Below are positions 28,267 to 40,506 of a stretch of 64,000 nt of DNA, piece after piece. The translations under genes were made by a program, and so were the position numbers. Location of the stretch: positions 684,122-748,121 of the forward strand of contig JAWQFM010000012.1 in assembly GCA_033442325.1 (NCBI GenBank), in the 5' to 3' direction. Source of the DNA: Salpingoeca rosetta. Lineage: Eukaryota; Protista; Choanoflagellata. The notes beneath the pieces were generated by a model. It saw only the letters and a program-made list of their open reading frames with translations, made no database searches and was not told where the DNA came from. Each line of letters starts with the position of its first letter. The first letter of the stretch is position 1.

Positions 28267-28273
28267 TGGCAAC
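28267..28273 (-). promoter_or_regulatory. Candidate RFX (X-box) half-site GTTGCCA in the WDR90/PGM2 divergent promoter
   Basis: TGGCAAC on the + strand, about 370 bp upstream of the WDR90 ATG. It is only a 7-mer and may be chance. Confidence 0.35.
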
Positions 28274-28315
28274 AAAAGAAGACGAAGGCGACCAACAAAC
28301 CAACCGAGCAAGAAG

Positions 28316-31218
28316 ATGAGCAGCGCCATGGAGAAGCTTGAGCAGTGGCTCGAGATGGACATGGTATACGAGAGAGACGAGCGAAGAGCACGCGAGCGGG
28401 CAAGAGTGGTGACTCGGGTGGGGTGGTGGGAGGAGTGATTGGGTGAAACTGCATTGCGCTTTCCCTTGCGTTTGCGCTTGCGCGTTTTGGCAAGGACACC
28501 CATGTCCACTGTCCGGAGCTGTTCCCACCAAGTCACACCGCATCTCCTGCCGCTTCTGCTCGTCCTTGCTTCTTTCAGTGGGGTCCAACCAAGGAGGAAG
28601 CTCAGGAGTTGAAGAACAAGAAGAACATGGCGGCCATTGAGTCCCAGTTTGGGAAGCGCATCGCCTTTGGCACAGCAGGTAAGAGAACTCCCTTTGAACA
28701 AGTATCAGCAGAGGCGTAAGGCTTATTGTTGCTGTCACTGCAGTTCGTTTTGCTCGTGCTTCGTCAACACAGCGCACACACACACACACATGAACACACA
28801 CTCTCTCTCACACCCACCCACACACACATGAACACACTCACACTCACACTCACACTCACTCACTCACTCACTCACACACACACACACACACACACACACG
28901 ATTTGCCTTCGTGCCAGGCCTGCGTGGTCCAATGAAGACTGGATGGGCTTGCATGAACGACCTGACCGTGATCCAGGCATCCCAGGTGTGTGGGTTTCGT
29001 CACACGCTGGAAAATATCACAACGTGAATCGTACGATCCTCGGTCGTGTGACTGCCTTCGCTGACGAATGCCTTTGCTTGATGCGCGTGTGCAGGGCCTT
29101 GCCAAGTACTTGGAGGCGCAGAATGGAACGACGGACTTCCGGGTGGTGATTGGCCACGACTCGCGGCACAACTCTCGCCGCTTTGCTCGTCGCGCCGCCA
29201 CGGCCTTCCTTTCCCTTGGCGCCGAAGTCATCCTCTTCTCCGGTTTGTCTGTGTGTGTATGTCTGTGTGGCTGTGGCTGTGTGTGTGTGTGCCTGTGTGT
29301 GTGTGTGTCTTTGTCTGTGTGTGTGTGTGTCTGCCTGTCCGTATGTCTGGTTGTGCGTATTTGTTGAAGTTGAGCAAACGCGTGTGGTGTCTAAACCAGC
29401 CCACTTGCCTTGTTTTCTGATTCTCTCCCCTCCCCTATCCGTTGTACACCGTGCAGACGTTGTGCCAACGCCCATGATCCCATTTGCTGTGTCGCACCAC
29501 AAGTGTGCCGCAGGCATCATGGTCACTGCCTCCCACAACCCAAAGCAGGACAACGGCTACAAGGTCCGTCATCACATCACTGCTGCTGCTGCTACTACTT
29601 GCCGCTGTTGTTGCCTGTTGTTGCCAACGTTGAGATGTTGTGCTCCTGCCATCGATGGCGCTTTGTTGTGGCACTGTTGCGACACCCAATTACAACGACA
29701 ACGTCTCTTTCCCACCTAATGCACAACCACTAATTCACCTCCTCCTCCTCCTCCTCCTCCTCCTCCTCCTCCTCCTCCTCCTCCTCCTCCTCCTCCTCCT
29801 CCTTGTGTGCAGGTGTACTGGAGCAACGGTGCGCAGATCATCCCCCCACACGACGCCGGCATTGCCAAGAGCATCGATGCCCACTCCAACCCATGGTGTG
29901 ACACCACGTGTGCGTGCCTATGCATTTGTGTTATGCAGCACGTGTCACTTCACCACACCCGTGAAGTTGTCATGTACTGGTAACCACGTCGCTTGCTTGC
30001 TTGCTGACTTTATGCCCTTCCCTACTTCCCTACCCACCTTCCCCTCACCTTCTTTGCTCTACCCTCCCTCCACTCCCGCCCCCAAACAACACCAACAACA
30101 CCAACAACACCAGGGCGAGTGCATGGGACGAGCAGATTGCAGAGAAGAGCGAGCGCTGCCACTGCACGCTGGCTGAAACGAGCGCGGCCTACTTCAAGGC
30201 CATTACCGCCAACAGCTTCCTCGATGCAGACGTTCCACGCGATGGCATCACCTTCACCTACACCGCCATGCACGGTGCGTGTGTTGGGCGGGGGGAGGAG
30301 TGTGTGTTGTATTTGTATTTGTGTATCTACTTATCTGTCTGTCTGTCTGTTTGTACATGTGCACCACCACCCCCTCCCTACCGAAGTGCTTCACCACCAT
30401 GCGTGGTCTGCCTGCACATGCTGTTGACTGTTGACTGATGACTGATGCTGCGCCCTGCAGGTGTTGGCTGGAAGTACTGTCAGCGCGCCTTTGAGGCATT
30501 TGGGCTTCCCCGCTTCTGCGACGTCGAGAAGCAGGTTTGTTTGGTCGTCTTTCTGTCCTGCTTTTCGCCTCTTATTTCTCTGCTTCCTTGAAATCCCTGC
30601 CCCTCTCCATCTCTTTCTTTGCGCACTGCTGTCGCGAGTGAATCCTATCTATCACCAATGAATGCTTGCTTGATCCCTGCTTCTTTACCCCTTTCGCCCA
30701 TCTCAATACCATTGGCCGCCATCTCTAACCGCCCCCGCCCCCTCCACCCCTTTCCCACTGTCCCCCTCCCCCACCAGGTCTCCCCAGACCCGGAGTTTCC
30801 GACTGTCGAGTACCCAAACCCAGAGGAGGTGCGCCCGTACATGTTTCGCTGCCACGGTTTTCTTGGCGCACTGCCCTACTTCCTTTCACTGCCCCGGCCC
30901 GTTGTCCGCATTCGCTCTCATCGTTCAAGCTCAATCAACTTGTCAAAGTTCTGTGCATCGCCCATCGTCCATCGCATTTGTGCATGCATGCATGCATGCG
31001 TGCGTGACCTCTCTTACACCTCCTCCCTCTGTCCCCCTCGCTCGCCTTCGTTGCTTGTCCTTGATTCTCCTTCCCCCTCCCCCCCTCTCCTTCACCTCAA
31101 TTCAGGGCAAGGGCGCACTGACGCTGGCCATTGAGACAGCAGAGGCCAACAACTCCTCCGTCATTCTCGCCAACGACCCAGGTCCCCCGCTCTCTGTGCT
31201 ATGCACCAATCTTTGTTG

Positions 31219-31262
<44 letters not shown>

Positions 31263-31603
31263 GTGTTGTTTTTGTTTTTTGTTTTTTTGGTTGCTTCTCG
31301 CTGTGTCACCCCATGTACCCTCGCTGCATTGCGTGGCATGGGCATGGTTCCCATGCGCCACATGCGTCACACCTCTCACTTATGCTCACGTTGCGGTTTC
31401 ATGCGCGTGTGTTTCTGTGGACGACAACAGATGCGGATCGCCTGGCTGTTGCCTGCAAGCACGATGGTCAGTGGCAGATTCTCAACGGAAACCAGATTGG
31501 CTCCCTTCTTGGCTGGTGGGTGTTCACCAACTACGTCAAGCGCAACCCAGAATGCAAGAAAGGTAGCCGCTTGAGGGCTGTGCTTTGTCTCTTGTTTGCT
31601 TCC

Positions 31604-31641
<38 letters not shown>

Positions 31642-31679
31642 CCTTGCTTGCTTGCTTCCTTGCTTGCTTGCTTGCTTCC

Positions 31680-31752
<73 letters not shown>

Positions 31753-32509
31753 CGTGTGCGTGTGCGTGCGCTTGCTTGCTCGTCACTTCTTCCCCAACAA
31801 CCGCTGCCAACCCCCTACCCCCCGCGCTTCTTGAAATAGACGACCTGTACATGGTTGCGTCGACTGTCTCCTCCAAGATGCTCGGCACCATGGCTGCGGC
31901 AGAGGGCTTCAACGTGAGCACAGCACGATGAGTCTTGGTCCTGTATGAAAGCTGCCTCGCCACTCGCTTGGCTGGCTGGTTGTTAAGCTGTCTTTTGTCA
32001 TGCCATCCGCCTACTTACTCACGCACACACACGCACATGCACGTACATGCATTGTTGCTCACCTGTAGTTTGTGGAGACGCTGACCGGCTTCAAGTGGAT
32101 GGGCAACAAGGCACGCGACCTCCAACAAGAAGGTGTTGCGTGTGGTGCTGCTGTGTGTGCTTGCGCTGTCTGCCATGTGCATGCTGCAATGCTGCTGCTG
32201 CTGTTGGGCGCAGGCACCTACGCAACGTCATGCCGTGCCGCATGCTTGGCCCTGGGTCCTCGGACAACAGTCATCCACAACCTAAATGCACAACCCAATG
32301 CACAATCTGTGCGCACACTCACGCGATCTTTGCACTTGAACTCCTCGTTCGCTGTGTTGTGTGCCTTCCCCCCCCCCTTTCTTTCTGCGTCCGTCAATTT
32401 CCGTCGTGCGCAGGCAAGACGGTCCTGTTCAGCTTCGAGGAGGCCATTGGCTTCTGCATCGGCACCACCGTTGTCGACAAGGTGGTCTTGCTTCGATCAT
32501 TGCTTTGGG

Positions 32510-32590
<81 letters not shown>

Positions 32591-32604
32591 GCTGTTGTTG
32601 TTGC

Positions 32605-32677
<73 letters not shown>

Positions 32678-33912
32678 CGTTGTCGTTGTTGTTTGTTGTT
32701 GGATGTGCGTGTGTGCGTGTGTGTGCGTATGTACATGTGTCTTCTGTCTCTCTACCTCTCTGTGTCTGTAGCTGTGTCTGTGTTCTGCTTCTGTTCCCTA
32801 TCCTCCCCTTTCGCCTCATCGACGTTGCCCTGCGTTGCATGCGCTTCATTTCGACTGCACGCGTCCGAAACCACTACAGGACGGCGTGAACGCCAGTGCC
32901 GTTATGGCTGAGCTCTGCCTCTACCTCGCTGCCCAAGTAAGGAATCGTGCGCTTGCTGCTGATCGTGTTGAGTAGTGATGGCGGTGGTTGGCGTTGGTTG
33001 CTTGTGTGTGCTTTGCTGTTTTGTGTTTTGTTTGGTTGTTTATTCGCCGCCTACCCGACTGTTGGGCGCCTGACTGCGTCGCATTGCGTGCATTGCCACC
33101 ACAAGCACATTGCTGTTTGCACACGTCACACACACACAGCCAAAACATGCATGCACGCGACATGCAACACCCCCCCCCTCACTCGCACTCGCACACAACA
33201 CAACATACATGTATGTGTGCGCAATCCTCATGTCCGCACGCTGTGCTGTCGCGATTATTCAGGGCAAGACGCTGGTGGACTGCCTGAATGACCTGTACAC
33301 CAAGTACGGCTACCACTGCACCTTTAACTCCTACTACATCTGCGGGTAAGCGCCAATTTCCCGACATTGCATCATCATGGTCAACGAGAGCTTACGCTTG
33401 CTGCACTGCTTGTGCTGTCGCCGGTAAACGAATTGTACCGCGCTGTCGTTTGAGTGTTGTTACATTATGTTAGTTTGTTTTTGAAGGGCCCACATTGCTT
33501 TGTTTGGGTTTGGGTTTGGGTTTTGGTTTTGTTTGTTCATTTATCACCGCCAACACTCCGCGTGCTGCCCTCGTTCCTTTTTTCGTTCTTCCGCTTGACG
33601 CGCAAACTCACCCCAAATCCCCACCCCACCACACACCCACACCTCGGTGTCCTCCCCCCCCCAAAAAAAAACAAAAACCCATACCAATGCAATGATGCAA
33701 TGAACAACACCGCCGGCGTCTGCAGTGAACAGGCGACCATTGACGCCATCTTCTCGCGCATCCGCCACTATGATGGCGGGGATGCCTCTGGTGCGGTGGT
33801 CTATCCATCCGTTGTTGCCGACGTGCAAGTGCTCAGCGTGCGCGACGTCACCCTCGGCACGGACTCGGCCCAACCAGACGGCAAATGCCTCCTCCCACAG
33901 CAGGTCAGCTGA

Positions 33913-33982
<70 letters not shown>

Positions 33983-34570
33983 GGTGTGTGTTGGTGTGTG
34001 TGTGTGTGTGTTGGTGTGTGGGTGTGGGGGGGGTGGGTGTTGGTGTGTTGGTGTGTGTGTGGGTGCGTGCATGCACCGTGTATGTGTACACTGTCTATGT
34101 ATGCACCGTGCATGTGTGTACTGTCTATGTATGCACCGTGTATGTGTACACTGTCTATGTATGCACCGTGTATGTGTACACTGTCTATGTATGCACCGTG
34201 TATGTGTACACTGTCTATGTATGCACCGTGCATGTGTGTACTGTCTATGTGTATCTCCCATTTGTTTGTGCTGTATTTCCCCATGCAACTGCCTTGCTTT
34301 GTCTGCTTGTCCCCTCACACCCTCACCCCCTTCTCTCCCTTGCCCACCCTCAACACGCACACGTGCACGGGTGCCTCCTTTGTACCCTTCTTCCACTCGT
34401 CTTTTCGGACTGCAGAGCGGGCACATGGTGACGTTCAAGTTTGCCAATGACTGCGTGCTGACGCTGCGTACCAGCGGTACGGAGCCCAAGATCAAGTTCT
34501 ACAGCGAGATCAAGGCGCCCATGCCTAGCGACGGGTATGCATGTGGACGTACTCTGAGTGTGTCTGTCTG

Positions 34571-34640
<70 letters not shown>

Positions 34641-35341
34641 GGTGGTGGTGGTGGTGGTGGTGGTGGTGNNNNNNNNNNNNNNNNNNNNNNNNNNNNNNNN
34701 NNNNNNNNNNNNNNNNNNNNNNNNNNNNNNNNNNNNNNNNNNNNNNNNNNNNNNNNNNNNNNNNNNNNNNNNNNNNNNNNNNNNNNNNNNNNNNNNNNNN
34801 NNNNNNNNNNNNNNNNNNNNNNNNNNNNNNNNNNNNNNNNNNNNNNNNNNNNNNNNNNNNNNNNNNNNNNNNNNNNNNNNNNNNNNNNNNNNNNNNNNNN
34901 NNNNNNNNNNNNNNNNNNNNNNNNNNNNNNNNNNNNNNNNNNNNNNNNNNNNNNNNNNNNNNNNNNNNNNNNNNNNNNNNNNNNNNNNNNNNNNNNNNNN
35001 NNNNNNNNNNNNNNNNNNNNNNNCACACGCACACACGCACACATGCACATGTACGATGTTGTTCCTCATGCCTCACGTCGCTCACCTCATCGTCTTCCCC
35101 CCCCCCCAACCGCACCGCACTTGCTCTTCGGTTGTTTATGGGTATGCATCGTGCTGATGACGACGACCTGACGGACGACCTGACGACCGCCACTGGCCAT
35201 CAATCACCATGACGACTGTCAACTGCCGAACTCAGCGTGACGACACCGGTTGAGAACGAGCTGGAGACGTTTGTGACCAAGGTTGTCAACGATCTCCTTC
35301 AACCTGACGTGCACAACCTGCAAGCCAAGAAGTCCGCCTGA
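28316..35341 (+). CDS. PGM2: Phosphoglucomutase-2/phosphopentomutase family (PGM2/PGM2L1), many exons
   Basis: Spliced motifs [36 protein letters not shown] (catalytic Ser), [22 protein letters not shown] (metal loop), [22 protein letters not shown] and [13 protein letters not shown]. Stop TGA 35339-35341. Confidence 0.93.
32509..32700. repeat. (GTT)n microsatellite in a PGM2 intron
   Basis: Read directly, with a few interruptions. Confidence 0.95.
34071..34250. repeat. 30-bp minisatellite, 6 copies, two variants in the order A-B-A-A-A-B, in a PGM2 intron
   Basis: A = ATGCACCGTGTATGTGTACACTGTCTATGT; B = ATGCACCGTGCATGTGTGTACTGTCTATGT. Confidence 0.95.
34669..35023. other. Assembly gap in the last PGM2 intron
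   Basis: N run flanked by (GGT)n and CA-rich repeat. Confidence 0.99.
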
Positions 35342-37996
35342 AGGCCACCCAACACAAGGCGCTGCAGCGTTGAGCTGAGCTGGACTTTGTGTCGTGTATT
35401 TGTGTTGTGTTGCCACCACCATGGCACCTTTCCTTGTTGAACACACGCCCGTTTGTTCCTGTTCCACCTGCTGCGCTGCTGTGCGTAGCTTCCATGACCT
35501 CTCCCTCAGCCTCTGCCTTCCTTCCCTTCCCTCCCTTCCTTCAACAAACACACCAACCAACCAATAAACCACCTCCTCATTATGCTGACCGACCCTTCCC
35601 CTCGTTGGCACTTCCCGGCACTTCCCGCACTCCCTCCTCGCTTCCGTCCATCACATCTGTCGCATCCCCAACCATTGGCCCTCCTCTGAGTTGTGTGTGA
35701 CAGGCCCGCGCAAGCCAAAACACGACACAACCAGAAACGAAACCGCCACCCAACCCGTTTCACGACAGCATGAAACACTTTGCCTGCAGGCAAAGGTGCA
35801 AAGCCCCGTAGGTTTAACCGCCAAAGTTTTGAAAATTCAACTAAAACACGCACAAAGTTTCCTCCATGCCCACTACGCTACCAACTCTTTGACCCAGCAA
35901 AAGGCTGATTGGTCCCACCTTTGCATTCCAAAGCAAACGCTGACGTGACATGATGACGGTTGAGTTATTTGAGAATTTGGACGGTGGTTGTGTGCGCGTG
36001 CAAGTGATCTGACCCGCCTCGGAGATTCGCGCTTTACCCGAACGACCACAACCGCGGGTGCGACGATGCGTCCCGCGTGCAAACGCGTAAAGTTAACCGT
36101 TGTGTCGTCACGTCTCAGGGAATCGTCGGTGTGTCCCTCGATACGCACGAACGCGCGAGTGCAAATCGAAGGCACGCGAAGGCGGGTTGTGCTGTCGCAG
36201 CTGAAAAACAACAACAAGACCTTGCTGTGCCTGGTTGGGTAACGGTTGGTTTTCGCGATCCTTTTGCTGGCTGACGAGTGACCCGCTAAATTCTGCCCCT
36301 ACGCAAGCACCCGACACTTGCATGTTTGGTAGGGTGCGAAACGGTGCGAAACGGCGCGAACCCAGACCCTGCTCGCGCAGCGTGCGAAAGGGTTGCGCGC
36401 TACCCAACCACACGCACGCACACGCCGCGCGGGTCTTGCCGTTTTGGCAGTCTGGCCGTTGCCGCATATCTGGGGCTGCCCAACACGTAAAATCAAAACA
36501 TTGGAAAGGGTTGCACACTCACACACACGCTCAACCACGAAACACCCCAAGCAAAAGCAAAAGCGCTACTAACAAAAGCAAAGCAACAGCCAACCCACCC
36601 CCGCCCAAAACATCCGCCGCATAAACACCGACACCGCCTCGAAGCACCAACCAACAAACCCACCATACCAGCACACACAACCCGTCCGTCCACCCGACCA
36701 ACGAACAAACCAACCATCCAACTGCACCGACCAAGCAACGTCTACCAAAACTCAAATCCAGCGGCAATCGTTGCTCGCTCCTTCCATTTTTCATCCACCA
36801 CCCAGCACCACCACCCAGCACCACCACCCAGCACCACCACCCAGCACAACCCCCTGCATCGACGTGACTTGACTCAACTCCATATCACGAGCGCGAACGA
36901 AACACAACGGCCGTGCAACCGCTCGACTTGACACACGGAGCCAGCCGTCCTCCGTCCTGCATCACCTATATCACCCGGCCAGCCAGCCGTCCACCCAGTC
37001 CAACGTGTGCCGCAGCAGCACCAGCAGCTGCTCCAATCCAGAGCACCCGCATCGCCCACGCTACCAAGTCCTTCCTCATTGTGCTCACGGGGCCGCCAGC
37101 TCTCCTGCACAGCACACAAAGCGCTTCCGTTGTCAACCAACCTCAAATCCACCGCAGCTGCGACTGGGCGGATTTGAATTACTCAACGTGACAGCAAAAG
37201 CAAGACACGCCATCCCCCTCCCGCAAGCAACCAAGAAGACAAGCAAGCACGCAAACGACAACCTATCCCAGCGGCATCCATTGCATGCGGCCACCAGCCA
37301 AGCTTGCCACTTCTTCCAATACGAGCACCACTTCTTCGACTTGTTCGTCTTTTGTTCTACGCGCACTCGCTTTCCCCAAGGTCGCAGCGCAAAGAAAGAG
37401 GCTGACCACCACGTATCACACGCATACCACAGCGGCTGCAACTGATCCTTCCCCCCCCCCCCCTCTTTCTCTCTCTCCATCTTCACGAGCACGCACACAA
37501 GGATTGCCCATCCCCCACGTTTCAGCACTGCCACACTTCCCTCCGCTTTGAAACTGGTTCCCCGCACTCCGCGACCAAGATTTTTCCTCCGCACAAACAC
37601 GCACAAGCCAACCCTCCACTGCTGCACCACGGCTCCAACGGCTCTGCACCAACACCAACAGCGGTACTCTCCCCCAGCCACGCACACCCTCTCTCACGAC
37701 ACTGTTGGATTGTGCATGTGAGGGGGCTCCGTCGGCCATTTTCTTCTTGCCTCCTGAATCGCCAACAAGCATCCCAACAGCAACGACGTTATCCACGACC
37801 ACAACGACTTGTGCTGCCACCCTAAACACAAGCCCTTGGAGGGTTTTGAATCGACCCCTACTCCCCCAACTCTCCTGTCCTCACGGACCCCGCCACGTTT
37901 GGCTGAGCAGTCACCGTCCCTTCGTTTCGCTCCTCGCTCAACACAGGAGACCCCCACTTCGGTGTTGTAGCTCCAACGCACACGCGCACAATACCC

Positions 37997-38056
<60 letters not shown>

Positions 38057-38061
38057 TTCAT

Positions 38062-38123
<62 letters not shown>

Positions 38124-38124
38124 C

Positions 38125-40506
38125 ATGGACAACCTCGGGCCCCAGTCTGGCAACATGCACGCCGGCACACAGAACACCCGCCTGTCCCCTGGCTCAGGCA
38201 GCCCAGCCCATGACAGCAACGGCATGGACGGCCTTGCAACAGCAGCGGCAAACACAAGCTTCGGCGCCGCCTCCTCCCCCAAGAAGCCCTCCACGCTCGC
38301 CCAGGAGAACCGCGCGCACATGCAGCACATGCAGTACACCCAGTACCGCGCGCAACACCAGCAGCCGGCAGCCAGCGTGTCCCCGCTCATGCTCAACAAC
38401 ATCCGCCCAGCGTCCACCAGCCTCCTGGACGGCTACGACGACGACGACGCGCAACACAACACACAGCACGGCCACAACAGTCACCTGCAGTCCTCAGCAC
38501 AGCGGTCCGCCTCCGCTGTCGTCCTCTCCCACCCCTCCTCCTCATCGGCGAACGCGACATCAGCCATGAACACAAGCGGGCAGCTGCACCAGTCAACAAC
38601 ATCAAGCACCAGCGAGCACACCAAGTCCTCCGCATCCTCCTCGCCGCTGCCGCTCAGCCCACCCTCCCCGCAAACACACACGGCTCGCACCCTCGTCAGC
38701 TTGGCAAACCCAACGCCAACAACGCCAACGCGCCAGCTGCCCACATCGGGCGCTGCCCCGTTTTCCGTGCCTGCAGGCAACCACGCCATGGCTGGTGGTG
38801 GTGGTGACGATGCCGCCGCCGCAACGGCCGCAACCACCATCGCAGTCACGACCATGGCCTCTGTCGACGCTTCCCTGCCCACGAAGCGTGCCAAGCAGCA
38901 GCTCTCCGCCTTTCCAACCCTCAACAGCAAAAGCACGGCCACGCCGCCGTCTGTGACCGCACCCTCCACAACAACTCCCGCCAGCAAAAAGAAGACCACC
39001 ACCTCCACAACAACAACGTCGAGCACACGGCGCAAGAAGCAGGGCAAGAAGCCCAAGCGCGCCGCCACATCCCCGTTCCGCCGCCGCCGCCCAAACACGG
39101 CGCGCCGTGGGCAGTGCCGGAACTTTGTCTGCAAGGACTGCGGCAAGGCCTTCAAGCACAAGACCCACTTTACCCGCCACGTCTTTACTCACAACAACCC
39201 GCCCACCTTCGTCTGCGGCTACACGCTCAGCAACGGCCAGCCTTGCCAGCAGGGATTCTACCGCCGCGACCACTACGAGTACCACTGCCGCCAGCACACG
39301 GGCGAAAAGCCCTTTGAGTGTCAGGTCAAGGACTGCGGCCAGTCCTTTCGCCAAGCCAGCGCGCTTCGGCGCCACATGCAGCGCATCCACAAGGGCGTCG
39401 CCTCCAAGTCGTCGTCCTCCTCGTCCTCCTCGGCATCTGCTGCAGCGGCCTCGGGCACAAAGCAAGCTGCCCCCGCCAAGGGCAACAGGAAGCCCAGGCG
39501 GAAGGCTGGCAGCAACAAGGCAGCCGCTACAGGCCCCGCTCCTCGCCCACCCGCACATGTGCCGCACCAGCATTCAGACGCGACTGCGCAGGCAAACATG
39601 GCAAACCTTGCCATGTTCCAGCAACTCTGCAATCTGCAGCAGCAGCCACAGCAGCAGCAGCAACAGCTAAACGCGCGGAGCTCGTTCCCACGCCCCTTGC
39701 CCCTCAACTCGTCTTCCTCCTCCGCCTCTTCTTCGAGAACGCCCTTGTCGGCCAACAACACCGCTGCTGCACCCTCCCTCTCGGCTGACTTCCTGGCACA
39801 GCTCATGCAGCAGATGGTGGCCTCAACCCAGGCGCAAGTGGCGACGTCGAGCAACGCCGTTGCTGCAGGCCCGCCGCCGCCACCACCACCTCCGCAGGCA
39901 CAGCCAGCGACCGTTGCAATGCAACAGCCAGAGCAGGATCAGGGCAGCTTGGATATCCGCTTGCTTGGCCAGCTGCTCAGCGACGTGCTGCAAGGCCAAA
40001 CTGGCCCTGCCAACGCCATGCAGCAACAGCAGCAGCAGCAGCAACAGCAGCGTGTGTCTGCTTCTGGTGCTGTGAACAGCGCCGCGTACCAAGTGGCGGC
40101 GGCGCAGCAACAGCAGCAGCAGCAGCAGCAACAGCATGGTGGTGAGCCGCTGCCCCTGAACATGCCCTTCATGCCCACGATGGCCCGCAACCAGGCTCAG
40201 CCTCAGAACAGCAACCACGGCCAAGCCTGCACCTCTTCGGCGGCTGCCTACAGCGCGATGGCCAGCAATGCTGGGGCTGCGTTTACACGCCAAAGCCACC
40301 AGCGCTTTGCCGAACAGGCTCCACCACACCCCTATCATCATCAGCAGCAGCATCAGCATCAGCAGCAACAGCAGCCAAACATGAACTCCCTACAGCAGTA
40401 CCTGGCCGCTTCCATGCAGACGCCACCGCGCCGAGCATCTGCGGCGACCTCCTTTGATCTGAGCTTTCTGAACATGCCGCCGCAAACCCCGCCACGCCCC
40501 ATGTAA
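38125..40506 (+). CDS. C2H2 zinc-finger transcription factor (3 fingers, Q/S/P-rich flanks), single exon, 793 aa
   Basis: CKDCGKAF...HVFTH, CGYTLSNGQPC...HCRQH, TGEKP linker, CQVKDCGQSF...HMQRIH. Basic NLS-like stretch before the fingers and poly-Q tracts. First in-frame ATG is at 38125. Confidence 0.9.
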   Translation: MDNLGPQSGNMHAGTQNTRLSPGSGSPAHDSNGMDGLATAAANTSFGAASSPKKPSTLAQENRAHMQHMQYTQYRAQHQQPAASVSPLMLNNIRPASTSLLDGYDDDDAQHNTQHGHNSHLQSSAQRSASAVVLSHPSSSSANATSAMNTSGQLHQSTTSSTSEHTKSSASSSPLPLSPPSPQTHTARTLVSLANPTPTTPTRQLPTSGAAPFSVPAGNHAMAGGGGDDAAAATAATTIAVTTMASVDASLPTKRAKQQLSAFPTLNSKSTATPPSVTAPSTTTPASKKKTTTSTTTTSSTRRKKQGKKPKRAATSPFRRRRPNTARRGQCRNFVCKDCGKAFKHKTHFTRHVFTHNNPPTFVCGYTLSNGQPCQQGFYRRDHYEYHCRQHTGEKPFECQVKDCGQSFRQASALRRHMQRIHKGVASKSSSSSSSSASAAAASGTKQAAPAKGNRKPRRKAGSNKAAATGPAPRPPAHVPHQHSDATAQANMANLAMFQQLCNLQQQPQQQQQQLNARSSFPRPLPLNSSSSSASSSRTPLSANNTAAAPSLSADFLAQLMQQMVASTQAQVATSSNAVAAGPPPPPPPPQAQPATVAMQQPEQDQGSLDIRLLGQLLSDVLQGQTGPANAMQQQQQQQQQQRVSASGAVNSAAYQVAAAQQQQQQQQQQHGGEPLPLNMPFMPTMARNQAQPQNSNHGQACTSSAAAYSAMASNAGAAFTRQSHQRFAEQAPPHPYHHQQQHQHQQQQQPNMNSLQQYLAASMQTPPRRASAATSFDLSFLNMPPQTPPRPM

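Noticed and set aside
34071-34250. CRISPR-like appearance of the 30-bp repeats
   Set aside because: Units are contiguous with no unique spacers, there are no cas genes, and the context is a eukaryotic intron.
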